NCBI GenBank assembly: GCA_002269645.1
Contig: NIVC01002463.1
Coordinates: 62,001 to 126,000 of the forward strand
Direction of reading: 5' to 3'
From: Macrostomum lignano
Lineage: Eukaryota
Length of the DNA: 64,000 nt
This document shows positions 58,700-64,000 of the stretch, one piece after another (within the stretch, counting starts at the first letter, position 1; every line of letters begins with the position of its first letter). A model generated the notes under the pieces. It searched no databases. It saw only the letters and a list, made by a program, of their open reading frames with translations, and was not told the DNA's origin. A program made the translations under genes and the position numbers.

Positions 58700-59360
58700 C
58701 ATTTCAGCATGTCGATCCTCATTCTTGGCATGTAGATCCTCATTCTTGGCATGAAGATAATCATTCTTGGCATGTAGATCCTCATTCTTGCATGTAGATA
58801 ATTCATTCTTGGCATGTAGATCATCATTCTTTGCATGTAGATCCTCATTCTTGGCATGAAGATCCTCATTCTTGGCATGTAGATCCTCATTCTTGCATGT
58901 AGATCCTCATTCTTGGCATGTAGATCCTCATTCTTGCATGTAGATCATCATTCTTTGCCTGTAGATCCTCATTCTTGGCATGTAGATCCTCATTCTTGGC
59001 ATGTAGATAATTCATTCTTGGCATGTAGATCATCATTCTTTGCATGTAGATCCTCATTCTTGGCATGTAGATAATTCATTCTTGGCATGTAGATCATCAT
59101 TCTTTGCATGTAGATCCTCATTCTTGGCATGTAGATCCTCATTCTTGGCATTTAGATCCTCATTCTTGCATGTAGATCACCATTCTCGCATGTAGATCCT
59201 CATTCTTGGCATGTAGATCATCATTCTTGGCATTTAGATCACCATTCTTGCATGTAGATCATCATTCTTGTCATTTAGATCCTCATTCTTGGCATGTAGA
59301 TCCTCATTCTTGCATGTAGATCACCATTCTCGCATGTAGATCCTCATTCTTGGCATATGA
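58700..59360. repeat. 20-21-bp minisatellite (gtagatcctcattcttggcat), intronic
   Basis: Direct tandem repetition. Confidence 0.94.
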
Positions 59361-60094
59361 ATCCTCACCTTACCAAATCTGCAATTATTCATTCTTTACA
59401 TATCTTGACTTTGATATGTCACTCTTGAACTCCTGATATGTAACTTCCTGCTTGCTAACTAGCATGTAAACCTACATCCCGGATTGAAGTCGACTCTAAA
59501 GAAAACACGCACCTGACTCCTCAGAGGCCTGGCTTTTACCGGCGCTCCGAACATGGCCGCAGTCTGGCGCATCAGCGTGTTGGGATGATTTGCAGTCAGG
59601 GTGGCCATTCGTTTAGCGAACTCTTGCCGCGTCTTTGCCAGCTCTTCGCCTTTGCTGTCCTTCGGCTTCGAATTCGCTTTGCCTTCCTTTCTTGTTTGTT
59701 CTTCGACGTAGTCGGCTTCCTCATCCTCTTCTTCCAGTTCCTCCTCTTCGTCGTCTTTGTCTGGCTGTGGCGAGCGCACCTCCTTGCCGCGCACGTGCTC
59801 AATCAGAAAGCTAATAAAAGACTGTCTGGCTCGAGCTGCTTCCCGGAATCGGCGCAGTCGCTCCTCCTCGGCGCGGTCCTGCTCGGCGCGCTGGCCAAGC
59901 TCTCGTCTCCGGCTTTCGTTCGCTTGTAGGCGTCGCCGCATCTGGTCCTGAGGTGTTTTGTGTTTGGCGGTTGGCGGTTTTATAAAGCAGTCAGAGCGAG
60001 CCACAATAGCTATTGATGCACTTCTAAACACCCACAGTCTCGAGGCTTGCGCAGCGCCTCAAGATTCTGTTTTTTTGTAACAGCGTGAATACCA

Positions 60095-60665
60095 AGGTCT
60101 CGAGGGGAATACCAAAGTCTCGAGAGGAATACCAAGGTCTCGAGAGGGATTCTAAAGTCTCGAGAGGAATTCCAAGGTCTTGAGAGGAATTCCAAGGTCT
60201 CGAGATGGATTCCAAGGTCTCGAGAGGGATTCCAAGGTCTCGAGAGGGATTCCAAGGTCTCGAGAGGAATTCCAAGGTCTCGAGAGGGATTCCAAGGTCT
60301 CGAGAGGAATTCCAAGGTCTCGAGAGGGATTCCAAGGTCTCGAGAGGAATTCCAAGGTCTCGAGAGGGATTCCAAGGTCTCGAGAGGGATTCCAAGGTCT
60401 CGAGAGGAATTCCAAGGTCTCGAGAGGGATTCCAAGGTCTCGAGAGGAATTCCAAGGTCTCGAGAGGGATTCCAAGGTCTCGAGAGGAATTCCAAGGTCT
60501 CGAGAGGGATTCCAAGGTCTCGAGAGGAATTCCAAGGTCTCGAGATGGATTCCAAGGTCTCGAGAGGAATTCCAAGGTCTCGAGAGGAATTCCAAGGTCT
60601 CGAGAGGGATGCCAAGGTCTCGAGAGGGATTCCAAGGTCTCGAGAGGGATGCCAAGGTCTCAATT
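60095..60665. repeat. 20-bp minisatellite (tccaaggtctcgagaggRat), intronic
   Basis: Direct tandem repetition; source of five overlapping spurious ORFs. Confidence 0.96.
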
Positions 60666-61444
60666 ATGATTTCGAGAGTGACGCCAAGGTTGCAAGAGGC
60701 GTTTGAAGTCTTTAAAGGTGCAAGGGTCTTTATAAGAAATCTAAGGTCTGAAGACGGGCGTGCTCAAGTCTTAGGAGAGGTGCTAGTTTTCTTCAGAGTC
60801 TCAAAATGGTCTCAAAAAGCGTTTTTTCGTTTTATCTTCGACTCGCCCCACCTCAGCCCGCTGCATGGTGCGCAATTCGTACTGTCGATGCTTCTCAATG
60901 TGACCGTCAAGCAACGCTTTGAGTCGTTCGCTCTCCATTCTATTCCGAGTACCAGCTCCATGGTGCGATAGAACGAATTGTGCACGTCCGTCTCGTTTCT
61001 TAGGCGATTTCTCTGCATGGCTGCTGGACGTTGTTAAGAATTTTTGGCTATGTCGTTTTTAGCAAGCCTGCACGGTCTTGTCCTTATATCTGTAATATAA
61101 TAAAGATCCCGGTTCTCAGCTGGTATGTGAAATCATCAGAGTTAATTATTCATTGCTTTAGCTCTAGATGTATGGTCTGATGACAATAAATTATTGAGTA
61201 TATAACTCTTGAGTCCGATCTGGTGGTCTTTGAGCTGTGCTTACTCGCTGAAGCCTCTATCAAACCAGATTTTTTTCATTGCTGCAAGTTCCTAATTCAA
61301 GTTGTGCATTCAGATCGAAATACGAGTTTCTGGCCGCTTTCGTACTGTCGGATGACAACAAATTGAACGAGTATAGTTTAGAAAGATGTTTCAAAGATAA
61401 ATATTAGCATGCTTTTTATATTAGAGGCAGGGGCTGCGTGCTGC

Positions 61445-61737
61445 GTGCCCTTCTGCCGACTCTTCTGAGCAGGCACACAAGCGCGCGGATACGTACGCAG
61501 TCATACTCACAGGCACACACTCACACAGGAGTGCACAGCGGCCCTGACTTTATTTATTGTTAGGCATGCATGTACAGTTCATTGCTCCTTAGGGGTTGGC
61601 CCTCAATAGCGTTAATTGCACGAGCAGAGCCAAGCCGAGATTCCAATTCAGCCCCAAATTAATGTGACTGCACTTGGAATCGAGCCTGGGCCGCTGGCAC
61701 ACCAGAGCGCCGCGACAGACCACTGGGCTACGCCTCC
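61445..61737 (-). mobile_element. tRNA-derived SINE, near-full copy
   Basis: Reverse complement reads ggaggcgtagcccagtggtc...ctctggtgtgccagcggcccaggctcgattcc (A and B boxes), followed by the body shared with the 57298 copy. Confidence 0.82.
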
Positions 61738-62224
61738 GTCCTCCTCCCCAACATTAGCAGGTTACAGCCTGGATGAAATGAATGAAAGGAAAGGACTAAG
61801 ACAACTAGAAAATCTGTCTGCGAAAGTTCATAAAGTACTAAGGATTGGTAGTAAATTAATTGTGGAAGATTTAGACACGATAAGTATAACTGCTTCTTAA
61901 CGCGTAATTTCCAGGAAAAGTAATGATATTTTTGTGAAATTTTTCATTCTATTTAATTTATTATCCTACAAAGTTGTTATAATAAATATTTATCCAGAAA
62001 CTACTCGTATTTAGAGCGAAGTTCAAATTTCAAAGGGCAATTACAATATCGTATGAAACATGTTTTTCTACTATCAAAAGTACATATTGGTTTAGACACT
62101 TTTTTTCTGCGGGGTTTTATCATTTTATCTGTTTCCGTAGTAGACAGATAGTAGGCTGCAAGTTGTGTTGCTATGGCTATCATTATTCGTCTAGAGAGGA
62201 ATAAAAAATTCTCAACATCAACAG

Positions 62225-63730
62225 TCCGCAGCGACGGCCGAAACAGCGTGCTATGTGCACTGCTCCCTGCGCCAGCCCGGACAGCCGGACTTGACCAGCC
62301 GGCCGGAGCCGCTGAGCGCTACCGATAGCGCCAGTTGCCAGGTGCAGAGCGGCGGCGTCGACGGCGAGTCGCGCTGGCTGCTCACCCTGACCGGCTTGCC
62401 TCGGCGCCGGGTTCCGTCGGTCAAAGCGTGTCGTCGAGCGTCTCGACGTTGCGACAGCGTCATCGTCAGCGGCTTCACTCGACCGCGGCGTCCCGAGGCC
62501 GATGACAATGACGACGGCTTATCCGTCGATGATGAGGTCGGTTCGACAATCGCAGTGAGCCTGGCTGCGGTTGCCAAGTCGCTGGGCCTGCCAGACTCGG
62601 CTGCCGAAGACGTCGCCGCCAATAAACCGACAGTCTTCGTCACGAACGTCTGGGCCTACGCTGTGCTGCGCCTTCGCCAGCCAAGCCAGCGCCTCCTGCT
62701 GATTGGCCTTCGTCGGGATCGGCGTTGTCGAGTTCTTGTCAACGGCAAGCGTCGATCGCAGCGTTCGGTGCTCTACTACGACTGGGCTGGCGGGCAGGAC
62801 GACAACGACGGATTCCAGCCGCCGCGGCTCACCTTCAGCGAGAACTGGCCGCCGCTTGTGGACTACCCGGCCGGCGAATCCGCACTGCTGCTGGCCGAGC
62901 CGCCGGACAGCCTGATCCGCCAGCTCATGCTCGGCGACGCCGTGGCAACAGCCGACCGGCTCTGCGCTTTGAACGGCTGGAGCAGCCGCGGCTGCCTGGT
63001 GCCGCTGGTCAGCCTGGAGGCGGCGCTCCGCCAGCGTCAGCTGGACACCGTGGCATTCTTTCTTAACAGCCACGAGCAGGCGCCGTTGGCCAGCCTCCGA
63101 CCGGCCCTGGACCTCATGCTGAGCTACCTGGCCAGCCTGGCCGACAGTCCGGCCGGCAGGCAGTACGCTGACCAGCTGGCCGCCAGGATCAACAGGTTCC
63201 TCTGTCGCCAGCTCCTGCTCGCTGACCAAGCCGACAGTAGCCAAGCCGAGCTGTCGCTCTACCTCAGCCGAGTTCGACGCTACTGCCGTCGCCCGGTGCC
63301 GCAGCCGCCGCCAACGCCGCTGTTGAAGGCGTCGTCAGCGTCGTTGATATCTTCGTCGGCTTCGGTCGGTGATGCTTCGTCAGCGTCGACTTCGGCCGCT
63401 GCCGCCGCTGCCTCCGCCTGGTCGCAACTGGCCGATACGGACGTCCTTGTTGACGCCTGTCTGTCGAACTGCGTCACCAGGGCGCTGGAGTACTTCTCGA
63501 ATAGCTCGGCCTCGCGTAGCTGCACAGCCGCCCACTGTCTAACCGTGTGCAGGTCGCGAGTTCGATACCTGGTCGGCCGGCGCCAGCTAGTGGAAGCGCG
63601 TGTCCTACTTGATGCCAGTGGCGCCGACACCGAGCGAGAGCTGCGCGACCTCCTGCTGGACTGCGCCGATGCCGGCCTGAGGAGCTGGCTGTACCTGCAG
63701 CTGGCTGCCGACCTACCCGCCGAAGTTCAG
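62225..63730 (+). CDS. SPG11: Spatacsin (SPG11) first visible exon, 502 codons; the gene continues beyond the window
   Basis: LCALNGW...LEAALRQRQLDTVAFFL and WSQL..DVLVDACLSN...ERELRDLLLDCADAGLRSWL match recalled spatacsin segments. Acceptor caacag at 62224, donor gtgcgt at 63731. Confidence 0.8.
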
Positions 63731-63759
63731 GTGCGTCCCTTCTTGAGTCTAAGTTTCAC

Positions 63760-63900
63760 TGGGTGCCAAGCATATGCCTCACCTGTTCTCCCAGCCCTAT
63801 GCCTCACCTGTTCTCCCAGCCCTATGCCTCACCTGTTCTCCCAGCCCTATGCCTCACCTGTCAGTCCAGGCCTATGTCTCGCCTGTCAGCCCAGGCCTGT
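63760..63900. repeat. 25-bp minisatellite (acctgttctcccagccctatgcctc) in an SPG11 intron
   Basis: Period of 25 read at 63781-63806. Confidence 0.88.
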
Positions 63901-64000
63901 GTCACCTGTACATGCATTTTTTGTTTGACCAATATTCGAGCCAATCTCAAACGACACAGCTACTATCGATATAAATTGTTGATTCACCCAAAGGCGGCCA

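Larger units (their letters stand above)
58252..61370 (-). pseudogene. Unidentified spliced coiled-coil/acidic protein gene; 3' exons (59947-59513, 58482-58252) intact, 5' exons (~61370-61245, 61089-60852) frameshifted
   Basis: Phase-0 GT-AG junctions link MESERLKALLDGHIEKHRQYELRTMQRAE | DQMRRRLQANE...RSQ | IGSFSLSWKK...SPAV*. The upstream exons read as protein only after several single-base corrections. Confidence 0.55.

Overview
Eukaryotic, intron-containing genomic DNA. GC-rich exons, an intron-specific minisatellite in almost every intron and TTAGGG-type repeats suggest a flatworm such as Macrostomum (inference only). Left end: a 5'-truncated RT+RNase H LINE (-) and a degenerate Ty3/Gypsy element (+). 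Then a + strand gene block (TLNRD1-like, METTL9, ALKBH2, CHD1L/ALC1 with an extra C-terminal BRCT) converges on a - strand block (SLMAP, NSUN5, TMEM116-like). Next come a frameshifted coiled-coil gene (-) and, head-to-head with it, the first visible exon of SPG11/spatacsin (+). I assembled exons by hand from GT-AG sites and phase checks. Gene names come from recalled motifs, not database searches. About 25 distinct minisatellites, SINE copies, a Tc1 fragment and a MITE are also present. Best leads: (i) ALKBH2 and SPG11 lack an ATG but open at phase-0 AG acceptors, as expected if a flatworm spliced leader supplies the AUG; (ii) an operon-like ALKBH2-CHD1L junction; (iii) excess RFX X-boxes, several inside exons; (iv) promoter-proximal minisatellites that multiply perfect ETS and AP-1 sites; (v) RGATCY enrichment across unrelated minisatellite units.
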